The notes beneath the pieces were generated by a model, which did not search any database, was not told where the DNA came from, and saw nothing but the letters and a program-made list of their open reading frames with translations. The translations under genes were made by a program, and so were the position numbers. From an uncultured Gammaproteobacteria bacterium (GTDB lineage Bacteria; Pseudomonadota; Gammaproteobacteria; Steroidobacterales; BM003), in NCBI GenBank assembly GCA_963699835.1, contig CAVOVJ010000008.1, positions 73,417-137,416 of the forward strand: a stretch of 64,000 nt of DNA, given 5' to 3'. Numbering within the stretch: position 1 is the stretch's first letter; each line of letters begins with the position of its first letter. Positions 41,995 to 51,497 of the stretch are shown in pieces.

Positions 41995-42561
41995 TCATTC
42001 CGATTCGACCGGGATAATCTCGGTCTGCGCGGGCATGGAGACTACGGCCTCACCGGCCCCATCGAGCGACACTTTCCCCGAGTAAGTCGCAACCGGCTTA
42101 AAGTCCGCACCTCCAAGACCAAGCGGAATCGACATTACCCGGCTCTGCAGGGTGCCTACAATCTGAATCGTCGCCATGACCTGCACCACTGCCGGCCCTT
42201 CCGAACCGGGTGTCACCTCAAGCGTGTAGATCAGGCTGTCGCGTCCGAGTTCATCGACGCCCCATGTGCTACCGCTACGACTCAGACCAATGTCGCCTTT
42301 CGCGCGGTACTCGGCGGACAGCGCCTCGTTGTCGGTCAATGGCGTGACATAAACCGTGACCGTCGTCGTCTGCCCCACGGCCGGCTTGCCGTCGAATCGG
42401 TAGCGGATATCGACCGGCGCCTGCGGCTTGCCCGGTATCTGTTTTGTCGCCTCCGTGTGCGCAGCAGACGAACCGGCATATACGCCAACCGGTGCAAGCG
42501 ACAAACTCATGACGATCAGACTCCCGGCCAGCGCCGGGGTAAGGAATTTACTTGAACTCAT
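41995..42561 (-). CDS. Small secreted hypothetical protein between the two protease paralogs
   Basis: AGGAG lies 9 nt before the ATG at 42561 and overlaps the upstream stop. Signal peptide MSSSKFLTPALAGSLIVMSLSLAPVGVYA. Beta-rich, no motif recognised. Confidence 0.55.
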   Translation of the reverse strand: MSSSKFLTPALAGSLIVMSLSLAPVGVYAGSSAAHTEATKQIPGKPQAPVDIRYRFDGKPAVGQTTTVTVYVTPLTDNEALSAEYRAKGDIGLSRSGSTWGVDELGRDSLIYTLEVTPGSEGPAVVQVMATIQIVGTLQSRVMSIPLGLGGADFKPVATYSGKVSLDGAGEAVVSMPAQTEIIPVESE

Positions 42562-42573
42562 GTTTACCAACTC

Positions 42574-44940
42574 CTACGGCGCGAGTCTGAATCTCGCGTC
42601 CTGACAATACCGGCCAAGGACCAGATTATTTGGGGAAAATTCGAAGGAAATATTGTTGTCGTCCCAGATCACCAGGACATACTCGCCCGGATCCAGCGCG
42701 ATATCCTGCTGCTCGAAGTCGGCCGGACCATCGAAGCCGCCGGTTACAAAACCGTCAGTTCCGTAAATCGCAAAATCCGGATCCACATTCGCGCCAGCCG
42801 GCGGCGTACCGGAGGATTCCAGCAGGAACTGATAAGTATCCGCCGCATCGATCGTGAACTTCAGGTAGCGGCGGTTACTGAGCTTGTTGAAATCGCCCTG
42901 ATCCGCATTGCTGCAAAGACCTCGCCTGAAATTATTGATTAGGAGGTTGGAGTAAAGCGGCAGCACATCGTCGGGCTCGGTGACACCATCCGCCACACCG
43001 TCGTTGGTCTCGTCTTCGCCATACAGATCGATCCCGCCGTTACCGCCGGAAATGTTACCGCCGCCCAGCAGGGCATTGATCGCCGCGACATCCGCCGGAT
43101 TCTCATCACGCAGGTACGAGGCAAACGTGAAAACGCTGGTGAGGCCCGGAGTGGTTTGCTGTGCCCCGGCGAGGACATCGTAAATCGGGCCGAATCCCAT
43201 GGTAATCGTATCGTCGCCGTCATCGGCCGCATCGTAGAGATCGTAAAGAATCTCGCCAATCGTGCATTCGCCGTACCAGCCGGTCGGCACTCCCGCACCC
43301 GCGCACAGGCCGGAGCCGTCTTCGAGGTTGAAAAAGAATCCTGAAGACTGACCAAAGCCGCCTGCGTCCTGGTAAAGCGGATCGCCTATCGCCATCGCCG
43401 AGAACGCGTTACCCCATCCCTCACCGAATGCCACACGCATATCGAGCAGATCGCCGCCGAAATGCGGTCCGCCGACACTGTCCGAACGCGAGAACCGGTC
43501 CTCGAAATAATGACCCCATTCATGCGCCACGACATGGATATCGTATTCGTCGGTATCGACGTCCTCCTCACCGAGGATAAATATCTGTTTGGCTGACGGG
43601 CTTGCGCCCGGATCGCTGGGGTCGTAGAAAGTTGTACCGATGCTGGTATCGGGATCGGTCGTGTTGAGTGGACTCCAGTTCAGCGTCAACTGCGGAAAAT
43701 CGGCCTGTGCGTCAGCGCCCAGAACCAGCAATACCGTTTCATACACGGCATCGAGTATCGCAAACGGCGCGGACGCGCGTGGGCCACTGTAGCCGGCGCC
43801 GCCCCAGCCCGAATTGGCATTCAGGTTGACGGTCCAGTCCTGTACTCCGCTGTCGAATGCATCTCCATCCAGAACGTAACGCGGCTTGGCATTGTCGATA
43901 ATAACACCGCCGTTATCGACCACATCAAAGTCCCAGGTCGGCGAGGCGTCGGTTTTCAACAACCTTGCAACGACGCGGATCCTGACCGAGGCCAGCGACG
44001 GTACCGTCAACGCGTAGTTGCCATTGGCATCGGTGAGCGTCTCGGATCCCGCTATCGGCTGATTGTTCGTGGCATCGAGCCCCTGGACCACCGCGCCTCG
44101 GACGGGACGCTGTTGGATCGAAGAATAATCGAGACCGGACGTCGCGTCGTTATGCGGCACGAAATCGTAGGTAATCCGGCCGCTGACCGCCACGGACGGT
44201 GGTGGATCTATAACCGTAATCGTGACCGAATCTGGAGTCGAGGTCGCGCCCTCGTTGTCGGTTACGATCAACTGGAACACAAAGTCGGTCGGCACGTCGA
44301 CGTCGGGAGCCGAAAAGCCCGGTGCAACGGTGTCGGCATCAACAAGCGTGACAGCCGGACCCGCAGTCTGCGTCCAGGCATAGCCTGAGATGACGCCATC
44401 CGGGTCGAAACTGCCGCTGCCATCAAGCACCACGCCGGTCAGTTCCGCCACGGTCCTGTCAGGCCCGGCGTTGGCGGTCGGGGGCTGGTTCGCCCCAGCG
44501 ATCGGGTTGACGGTAACCGACACGCTGTCCGAACCGGACGAGCCACCGTTATCCGTTACGGTAAGCCGAAAAACCAGCGTCTCCGCGACGCTAACGCCCG
44601 GCGCGGTGAATGTCGCGGTGACTGTATTCGCCCCGGTCAGCGCGACGTTGGTGCCGCTGGTCTGCGTCCATTGATACCCGGTGATGTTGCCGTCGGGATC
44701 CCTGCTGCCGCTACCATCAAGCGTAGCCTGGCTGCCTTCGTCGACGCTGAAGTCGGCGCCGGCGTTCGCGATCGGCGCCTGGTTGCCGCCGCCGCCACCG
44801 CCACCGCCACCGCCGCCGCAGGCAACCAGTGTCATGGTCGCGAGCAGGCTCGCCAACCTGGTAATTTTTCTGATTTGAGAATTCGATTTTTCCGCCAAGA
44901 CGGCTCTCCCTAATTTGCCTGGCCTGATGCTCTTCGACAT
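42574..44940 (-). CDS. Paralogous lipoprotein: 2 PKD-like domains, CarboxypepD_reg-like domain, HExxH metalloprotease-like domain, PPC domain
   Basis: Lipobox MTLVAC then a Gly11 linker. HEWGH at 43510..43524. Long stretches of roughly 80% nucleotide identity (by eye) with 38987..41863, for example ~39400-39760 versus ~42990-43340. Confidence 0.75.
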   Translation of the reverse strand: MSKSIRPGKLGRAVLAEKSNSQIRKITRLASLLATMTLVACGGGGGGGGGGGNQAPIANAGADFSVDEGSQATLDGSGSRDPDGNITGYQWTQTSGTNVALTGANTVTATFTAPGVSVAETLVFRLTVTDNGGSSGSDSVSVTVNPIAGANQPPTANAGPDRTVAELTGVVLDGSGSFDPDGVISGYAWTQTAGPAVTLVDADTVAPGFSAPDVDVPTDFVFQLIVTDNEGATSTPDSVTITVIDPPPSVAVSGRITYDFVPHNDATSGLDYSSIQQRPVRGAVVQGLDATNNQPIAGSETLTDANGNYALTVPSLASVRIRVVARLLKTDASPTWDFDVVDNGGVIIDNAKPRYVLDGDAFDSGVQDWTVNLNANSGWGGAGYSGPRASAPFAILDAVYETVLLVLGADAQADFPQLTLNWSPLNTTDPDTSIGTTFYDPSDPGASPSAKQIFILGEEDVDTDEYDIHVVAHEWGHYFEDRFSRSDSVGGPHFGGDLLDMRVAFGEGWGNAFSAMAIGDPLYQDAGGFGQSSGFFFNLEDGSGLCAGAGVPTGWYGECTIGEILYDLYDAADDGDDTITMGFGPIYDVLAGAQQTTPGLTSVFTFASYLRDENPADVAAINALLGGGNISGGNGGIDLYGEDETNDGVADGVTEPDDVLPLYSNLLINNFRRGLCSNADQGDFNKLSNRRYLKFTIDAADTYQFLLESSGTPPAGANVDPDFAIYGTDGFVTGGFDGPADFEQQDIALDPGEYVLVIWDDNNISFEFSPNNLVLGRYCQDARFRLAP

Positions 44941-45162
44941 GTCGGCTCAAAGTATCTGCTATTTGTTGCACAATCAAGCATATGACATGCAAACGATTGA
45001 ATTTCCTTTATCTATTTCACTTAATCCACTCAAGTTAACCTTTCCGCTTAACGTCGGCGTTTGGCGGCGGCGATCGGTAGAGCGCAACCGGGCCTGCGAT
45101 ATTGCCATCGCCTGCGAGCGCGCTGAAGCGACGACCGGGACAGGCTGTTGCCAGTGCGCAGG

Positions 45163-46155
45163 TCAATCGATTTGCAATGGCATTTCGTCGATCAGCGCTA
45201 CCTGTTCCTTCAGGGTCAGCAGATGCTCCTCCCAGTGGCGGTTCTCCTCGAACCATGGGAATGCCCGCGGAAACGCCGGATCGGCCCAGCGCCGCGCAAT
45301 CCACGCCTCGTAATGCATGATTCTCAGGGTGCGAAGGACTTCCAGAAGCCTCAGCTCGCGAAAATCGAACTCGTTGAATTCGCTGTAACCGCGCAGGATA
45401 TCCGCCAGTTGCGCCGCCATCTCATGGCGCTCGCCCGATAGCAACATCCACAGATCCTGCACTGCCGGTCCCATCCGGGTGTCATCGAGGTCAACGAAAT
45501 GCGGGCCATCATCGGTCCACAATATGTTGCCGGGATGACAATCGCCATGCAGGCGGAGCAATTCCAGTTCGCCGACCTCTCCCAGCACCTCTTCGATTCG
45601 CTCCAGTATGTCGCGGCTGAGACTCTCATAAGGCTTCAGGATGTGGCCTGGCAGCCAGTCATTTTCGAGCAGATAGTTGCGCGCCTGCCAGCCGAACTCA
45701 TCCACTGTCAGCAGCGGACGCGCGGCAAATGAGCGAGCGTTGCCGACGCGGTGTATCCGGCCGAGAAAGCGGCCGAGCCAAAGGCGAACGTCCGCATTCT
45801 CGAGGTCCGGCCAGCGGCCGCCGCGGCGCTGGTAGATTGAATAACGAAAACCCTGATAACGAAGCAGAGTCTGTCCGTCGATCCGTATCGGCGGAACGAT
45901 CGGAATCTCCTGCTCTGCGAGCTCCCACGCAAATACGTGTTCTTCGTGGATCTGTTCGTCGCTCCAGCGACCGGGGCGATAAAATTTGGCGACCACCGGG
46001 GCGTCGTCTTCAATGCCAATCTGGTAGACGCGGTTCTCGTACGAGTTCAACGCCAGCTCGCGCCCGTCACAACGAAACCCCGCCGCCTCCACTGCGGCAA
46101 TCATGACTTCCGGGCTCAGTCCGTCATAGGGACGGCCCGTTGCTTGGTCTTTCAT
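45163..46155 (-). CDS. srkA: Stress response Ser/Thr kinase SrkA (YihE/RdoA family)
   Basis: LNSYENRVYQIG, VAKFYRPGRWS, LHGDCHPGNILW and FVDLDD motifs. Likely start MKDQATGRPYDGL at 46155. Confidence 0.85.
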   Translation of the reverse strand: MKDQATGRPYDGLSPEVMIAAVEAAGFRCDGRELALNSYENRVYQIGIEDDAPVVAKFYRPGRWSDEQIHEEHVFAWELAEQEIPIVPPIRIDGQTLLRYQGFRYSIYQRRGGRWPDLENADVRLWLGRFLGRIHRVGNARSFAARPLLTVDEFGWQARNYLLENDWLPGHILKPYESLSRDILERIEEVLGEVGELELLRLHGDCHPGNILWTDDGPHFVDLDDTRMGPAVQDLWMLLSGERHEMAAQLADILRGYSEFNEFDFRELRLLEVLRTLRIMHYEAWIARRWADPAFPRAFPWFEENRHWEEHLLTLKEQVALIDEMPLQID

Positions 46156-46310
46156 GGTCGCGGACGGTAGCACAACCGTCGCCGCCGCGTGCCCGGGTCG
46201 ACGGGCAGACCGCTGCGCTCGCCATTGTTCCATGGAAATCAGATCTGGCTTTCCTTTGCGCCTTGAACGCCGTTTGGCCGCCAGGTGGGCGCGCCATGCG
46301 TGAGCTCAGC

Positions 46311-47116
46311 CTACGGGCCGCTCGGATCCCCGGTGCAGGACAGACGCACCTCAGGCACGGCTGGCCACCGCGGATCGAACGCCATGCCGAGCAGTCCACC
46401 CTCGGACGCGGTGTTGACCTTGTGACTGATATCGAGCCAAAGACGATGATCACTGGCCTGGCTGTTGTTGTCGAACACGCGTGCGCGGCCACTTTTTTCC
46501 AACGCGAACCAACGGCTATCGTCACCTGGCGCCATGAGTGTTTTCGTCGGCTGATTCAACGCGGGGAGTTGTGGGATAGCAACCGCGGCGCTAACGCCAT
46601 TTACTGCCGAACCGCGTACCGGCGCGACACAGGTCGTGTTGGCGGGCCGGGTGTCGAGCCCGACCGGGGGACCATAGGCGGCAGATCATCGTTGACAATA
46701 AGACCGCTGGCCACGCCTTGTGCGATCACGGCATTCTGCGGGTTCGCCAACACGATGCCGAGAGACTCATCCGTTTCGACATTTGCGTCACCGAACACCT
46801 GAACGGAAATTTCAGCAGTGATTTCTCCTGGCGCGAAACCCAGGATGCCGGAAACCGGGGAATAGTCGTCACCCGCGGTCGCTGACTCGTCGACTGTCGA
46901 ATAACCAACCGTCACCGCCTCCCCCGATACCTGAGAAAGACTGAGCGCGAAGACCATGCTCGCGGTACCCGTATCGCCTTCCGCGCGGCTCGAGTCGGAC
47001 ACACTGATACCAGGCAAGTCAGGCGCGGCTTTAGCGCTTTGCGACGAACTGCCGCCGGCGCCACCGCCGCAACCGCTGGCCAGGGATGCCGCCACCAGGT
47101 AAGCAATCTGAGACAT
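46311..47116 (-). pseudogene. Remnant of a Calx-beta plus PQQ-dependent sugar (sorbosone/glucose) dehydrogenase lipoprotein: frameshifted and 3'-truncated
   Basis: Lipobox LASGCGGG. Calx-beta pattern (TVGYSTVDESATAGDDYSPVSGILGFAPGEITAEISVQVFGD). After a frame change near 46690: GLDTRPANTTCVAP...APGDDSRWFALEKSGRARVF...GGLLGMAFDP. The ORF then stops at 46311, with about 300 aa of beta-propeller missing before srkA. Confidence 0.65.
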
Positions 47117-47425
47117 CGCGCTAAAGCGCAATGGCGCCCCGGCCGCGGGTTCCCGCCGGCGATAGCCGCACTTGCCGTCTGCCTTTGCACCCATATTCAC
47201 GCTTCCGTCGAGGCTGTCACACCCGCCCCGAACCAATCCGTGCAGCCCGAAATATCTGTCCGTAGTTACTACAGACTGGCGCCCGGGCGAGCAAATCGTC
47301 GCCAGACACCGACACATAAACCGGCACGGCTGACAATGCGACCTGTTTCACCAGCTTTCTCCATGCGGCTTGGTAAACTAGACGGCTGAAAACAAACCGA
47401 TAAGACGGACTCAGGGAGATTTCGA

Positions 47426-48424
47426 GTGGCCCAGAAAAAAACCATCCTGGTGACCGGCGGAGCCGGTTACATCGGCAGTCACGTCGTCGCGATGCTTGGG
47501 GAAGCCGGCGAACGCGTCGTGACACTGGACAATCTGTCGACCGGTTTTGCCGAATCGGTGCTGTTCGGCGATCTCGTGGTCGGCGATACTGGAGACAGGG
47601 AACTCGTCAGTAACCTTTTGCGCGAACACGATGTCGACACGGTGATGCATTTCGCCGCCAAAACCATCGTCCCGGAATCGGTCGCAAAACCGCTCCTCTA
47701 CTACGACAACAACACCGTCGCCACTCGCAACCTGTTGCAATGTTGCGATGAGGCTGGCGTAAGCCACTTTGTTTTCTCCTCGACTGCCGCGGTTTATGGC
47801 GAAGCCCCGGATGGCGTATGCGATGAAAACTCGCCCCTTGCTCCGATCAATCCCTATGGCACCAGCAAGCTGATGTCGGAGTGGATGCTGCGCGACCTTG
47901 CCGCGGCAAGCGCGCTGCGCTATGTGAGCCTGCGCTATTTCAACGTTGCGGGATCCGATCCGGCCGGCCGGATCGGCCAGTCCACTGAGAAGGCGACATT
48001 GCTGATCAAGGTGGCAGCCGAAACCGCGGTGGGAAAACGGCCTTCAATCTCGATTTTCGGCACCGACTATCCGACGCCGGACGGCACCGGTGTGCGCGAC
48101 TACATCCACGTGACCGATCTTGCCAAAGCGCACATCGATGCACTCGCTTATCTACGCGCAGACGGTAAGAGTACGGTTTTGAACTGTGGCTACGGACATG
48201 GGTTCAGTGTGCGCGAGGTCCTGGAGGCAGTCCGGCGAATCAGCGGCGAGCATTTTCCCATTGAGGAAAAACCGCGCCGGGCCGGCGACCCGCCGATGCT
48301 GATCGCTCGTGCCGAACGGGTCCGCGACAAACTCGGCTGGACTCCCCGTTACGACGATCTCGACACCATCGTGAAAACGTCGCTCGAATGGGAGAGAAAA
48401 CTCCTGGCCAGGGGGACATCTTGA
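47426..48424 (+). CDS. galE: UDP-glucose 4-epimerase
   Basis: GTG start. ILVTGGAGYIGSH, SSTAAVYG and YGTSK motifs; 332 aa. Confidence 0.9.
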   Translation: MAQKKTILVTGGAGYIGSHVVAMLGEAGERVVTLDNLSTGFAESVLFGDLVVGDTGDRELVSNLLREHDVDTVMHFAAKTIVPESVAKPLLYYDNNTVATRNLLQCCDEAGVSHFVFSSTAAVYGEAPDGVCDENSPLAPINPYGTSKLMSEWMLRDLAAASALRYVSLRYFNVAGSDPAGRIGQSTEKATLLIKVAAETAVGKRPSISIFGTDYPTPDGTGVRDYIHVTDLAKAHIDALAYLRADGKSTVLNCGYGHGFSVREVLEAVRRISGEHFPIEEKPRRAGDPPMLIARAERVRDKLGWTPRYDDLDTIVKTSLEWERKLLARGTS

Positions 48425-48831
48425 GGCAAGCAGTGACCCCGACTGTCGTGGGCAGCTTCGCCGCCGTCTTTGCGTGGATGATTATGCTGTATGCGTTATC
48501 CTCGCTGCCGGGCGATGTCGACAGTACCGTCGCGACGCCTTCGGCGATTGCATGGGTGCCGCCAGCCCTGCAGAACGCGCTTCATTTACCTGCCTACGGC
48601 GTGCTTGCCTGGCTCTGGTTTCGCGCTCTCGATGCATATGGCTGGAAACCCGTGGCCGCGTTGTTCGCGGCATTCCTGTTTTCGTCCATCTTTGGCGGAT
48701 TCGACGAATTGCACCAGATGCGTGTACCAGGACGCTACGCGTCGCTCACTGATCTCGCGGCCAACGTTCTCGGCAGCGCGGCGGGGGCAGCGCTCGCGTG
48801 GCGTCGAAAACGCAACGCCGCGGTCGCCTGA
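48421..48831 (+). CDS. VanZ-family membrane protein
   Basis: FDELHQMRVPGRYASLTDLAANVLGSAAGAALAW is a VanZ-like C-terminal motif. The start is uncertain: either TTG at 48421 overlapping the galE stop, or ATG at 48388. Confidence 0.65.
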   Translation: MRQAVTPTVVGSFAAVFAWMIMLYALSSLPGDVDSTVATPSAIAWVPPALQNALHLPAYGVLAWLWFRALDAYGWKPVAALFAAFLFSSIFGGFDELHQMRVPGRYASLTDLAANVLGSAAGAALAWRRKRNAAVA

Positions 48832-49377
48832 CCGCTATCGCATTTCGCCGCGACTCCTCATCTTGCGATGCATACGTATCAGACCGAGCCACCAAACCGT
48901 TCGCCAGCGCGCGCACGGCGCTGCGGCAGCCGGGAAACCCTCGCAAAACCGGTGACCGGCGACCAGCCCGGAATGCGGTGGCCACAGTCCGGGTAGGTGC
49001 GCACACCGGACGCTGGACAAAGCCGCAGTGACTCGCACGGCAATTCGTACCACTATGGCCAAACTTAAAAGTGCGATATTTTTCCCCTCTGAGCCGGAAT
49101 GCGCTGCGCCTGTGCCAGCGGATATCGGGACCGGTCCCGAGAAACCACCCTTTTATTATGCAAAATGAGACACAATGCCGTGCCCGCGCGCCTCTCAGAG
49201 ATTAATATCTGAGGTACGCCGGGATTACAAATACATATTTATTTCAGTGAGTTATAGAGCATTTACATCATGTAACCTCATGCGGCTTCTGAACCCCGCA
49301 CCGAGGATTTCACACCGTCGTCGGCGTTTATCGCGACCGGTGTTTGCGCCAGGCCACCAGGTCCCGAATACGATCCC

Positions 49378-50823
49378 ATGAGACCGACACGCCCCCGCAC
49401 ACTGACAGGACTGCTGATCCTCGGTTTCGCACTGGTCGCGCTGCCGCTGATCATTGCCGTCGTGCGCGCGGCGTTCGCAATGAACCAGCTGGCGCGGGAA
49501 AGCGAGACACTGGTCGTCGTGGGTGTGGAAGCCACGCGGCTCAGCCAATCGTTGCTCGAGCAACTGCGGGATCTCGAACGCGGTGCGCGGCTCTACCAGG
49601 TGTTGGGCAATCCCGACCTGCTAAGCCTGTACGAAAGCAATCAGAAGGCCTTCCTCGCCGAACTCGGACGCCTGAAATTCCTTACGCCGGACGAAGAATC
49701 GTTGCAGCAGCTTGCCGCCATGCGTGCCGACAGTATCGCTATCGAGGGCGCGCTGAACGCCCTGGCGCCGGAATCGGCTGCGCTAACCGAAGCGCTGGAG
49801 GGTTTTGACCGGCTGCGCGACGCAGCGAACTCGGTGGCTCAATCGAGCCGGCAATACATTTCCCGCGGGCTTGGCGACCTGCGCGAGGAAAGTAGTCGCG
49901 CCCGCCAGACCCTGGCGTGGCAGACTGCGGCGCTGGTACCTGGCACTTTGGGGCTCATCGGCCTGTTTGTTTTTCTCGTTGCCAAACCGCTGCGCCAGAT
50001 CGACCGGGTGATTCGCGATCTCGGCAAGGGCGCATTTTCGCGCGAGATCAAAGTTGCGGGTCCTGCTGACCTTCAGGCTCTGGGCGAACAGCTCGAATGG
50101 CTGCGCAAGCGTCTTCTCGAAATCGCAAATGAACGTAATCGGTTCCTCCGGCATATGTCGCACGAGCTCAAAACACCGCTGGCAAACATCCGCGAGGGCA
50201 CAGACCTGTTGATTGACGGTTCCGTGGGGGATCTCAGTGACGGGCAGCGCGAGGTCGCGGAAATCCTGCGTGGAAGCGGCTTGCGTCTCCAGCAGGATAT
50301 CGAGAACCTGTTGTCATACAGCGCGTGGCAATCGCGGACCGCGACGCTCGAACTCTCCGCCGTGGAATTAAAGCCGCTGGTACTGAGCGTGATCCAGCAA
50401 CACCAACTGAGTCTCGCGGCACGCCGGGTCAAAGTGAAATACCGGATCGAGGAAATAAATCTGACCGCGGACCGCCACAAGTTGCGCATGGTCGCCGACA
50501 ACCTGATGTCAAATGCCGCCAAATTCGCGCCGGCCGACAGCCGGATATATGTACGTGCACGTCGCGAGGGCGACTCCCTGGTGCTGGAAGTGGCCGATTG
50601 CGGGCCCGGAATCAGTGCCCCCGACGAAAGTCGCGTCTTCGACGCGTTCTACCAGGGCGAGTCACCGCAGGGCGGCCCCGTCAAGGGAACCGGGATCGGG
50701 CTTTCCGTCGTCCGCGAATGCGTGCATGCCCATGGCGGACGAGTGGAAATCGTAACGGGCGAGTTTCCGGGAGCGCATTTACGCGTCTACTTCCCGCTGC
50801 AACAGGTATCCGATCATGCGTGA
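49378..50823 (+). CDS. glrK: GlrK/QseE-type sensor histidine kinase
   Basis: 2 TM plus HAMP. The H-box FLRHMSHELKTPLANIREGTDLL closely resembles my recollection of E. coli GlrK. The gene order kinase, lipoprotein, sigma-54 regulator matches glrK-qseG-glrR. Confidence 0.7.
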   Translation: MRPTRPRTLTGLLILGFALVALPLIIAVVRAAFAMNQLARESETLVVVGVEATRLSQSLLEQLRDLERGARLYQVLGNPDLLSLYESNQKAFLAELGRLKFLTPDEESLQQLAAMRADSIAIEGALNALAPESAALTEALEGFDRLRDAANSVAQSSRQYISRGLGDLREESSRARQTLAWQTAALVPGTLGLIGLFVFLVAKPLRQIDRVIRDLGKGAFSREIKVAGPADLQALGEQLEWLRKRLLEIANERNRFLRHMSHELKTPLANIREGTDLLIDGSVGDLSDGQREVAEILRGSGLRLQQDIENLLSYSAWQSRTATLELSAVELKPLVLSVIQQHQLSLAARRVKVKYRIEEINLTADRHKLRMVADNLMSNAAKFAPADSRIYVRARREGDSLVLEVADCGPGISAPDESRVFDAFYQGESPQGGPVKGTGIGLSVVRECVHAHGGRVEIVTGEFPGAHLRVYFPLQQVSDHA

Positions 50824-51409
50824 ACGCGCAGCATTGATGGCGCTGTGTATTGCGCTTGCGGGTCTCGGCGGATGCGTGAGCGATGCCCCGTGGCAGACGC
50901 GCAAAATAACCGAGCCTTCGCAGCCGAGCCACGCCAGCCAATATCTCGAGTTGATCGGCAATATCGCATCCGGTGACCCGACTCTGCAGGCAGACGCTTA
51001 CTACGATGCGGAGCAGGCGTACGTGAGCAATCCCAACGTCTCCAATACGCTGGCTTATGGGCTCGTGCTGGCGACGCCCTCGCATCCGTCGAGCAATGCG
51101 GCCGAGGCGCGCAGCCTGCTGGTACAGGTTCTGGCCGAGCCGGCGCTGCTGACACCCGATGAACGAAATCTCGCTCGTATCGGCCTGAATGTAGTCCAGG
51201 CGCAACTGTTGCTGGAGACAGGCCGCGCCCAGACTCAGGAGCAGCTCAGTGGGGTGCTGGCACAGGAACGGCGCAATCATGCGCAACAGGTCGCGGCGCA
51301 ACAGGCTGAAATAGCGACGCTGCAAAAAGCGCTCGCCGAAGCCGAGTCAAAGCTTGACGCGGTGGCCACCATCGAGCGCAGCCTCGAAGAAGCCGAAAGG
51401 GGTAACTGA
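50816..51409 (+). CDS. Lipoprotein in the QseG/YfhG position (positional analogue)
   Basis: The ATG overlaps the kinase stop. Lipobox LAGLGGC. Coiled-coil-like C-terminus. The assignment rests on position, not on sequence similarity that I could recognise. Confidence 0.45.
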   Translation: MRERAALMALCIALAGLGGCVSDAPWQTRKITEPSQPSHASQYLELIGNIASGDPTLQADAYYDAEQAYVSNPNVSNTLAYGLVLATPSHPSSNAAEARSLLVQVLAEPALLTPDERNLARIGLNVVQAQLLLETGRAQTQEQLSGVLAQERRNHAQQVAAQQAEIATLQKALAEAESKLDAVATIERSLEEAERGN

Positions 51410-51497
51410 TGAACTCTTTATCGAACAAGCGCCATTCCAACACGTGCCGGCCGCCATGCTACCGATAGGCACTCAGGAGCGGAGTAACTCCTCGACG

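Noticed and set aside
41069-42085. Long plus-strand ORFs (41069..42085, 41082..41348, 41355..41642, 44390..44674) opposite the protease genes.
   Set aside because: They are antisense to clearly coding PKD-repeat DNA, and their similarity to one another simply mirrors the sense-strand repeats. This is GC-rich antisense-ORF artefact. The same applies to 6963..8141 (+), 29221..30192 (-), 10006..10650 (+), 12726..13556 (-) and 33320..33979 (-).
47290-47305. Sigma-54-like sequences with imperfect spacing: the minus strand reads CTGGCGACGATTTGCT here, and TGGCATAAGCCGCTGA lies around 55950.
   Set aside because: The GG-to-GC spacing is off by one or two positions, or the -12 GC is missing. The spacing is essentially invariant in real promoters.
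48835-49062. Possible zinc-ribbon (YacG-like) gene remnant on the minus strand (C/H-rich peptides in three frames).
   Set aside because: A CxxC...CxxC pattern could only be built by assuming three frame changes in about 150 nt. No frame alone gives a convincing protein, and the TTG start lacks an RBS.
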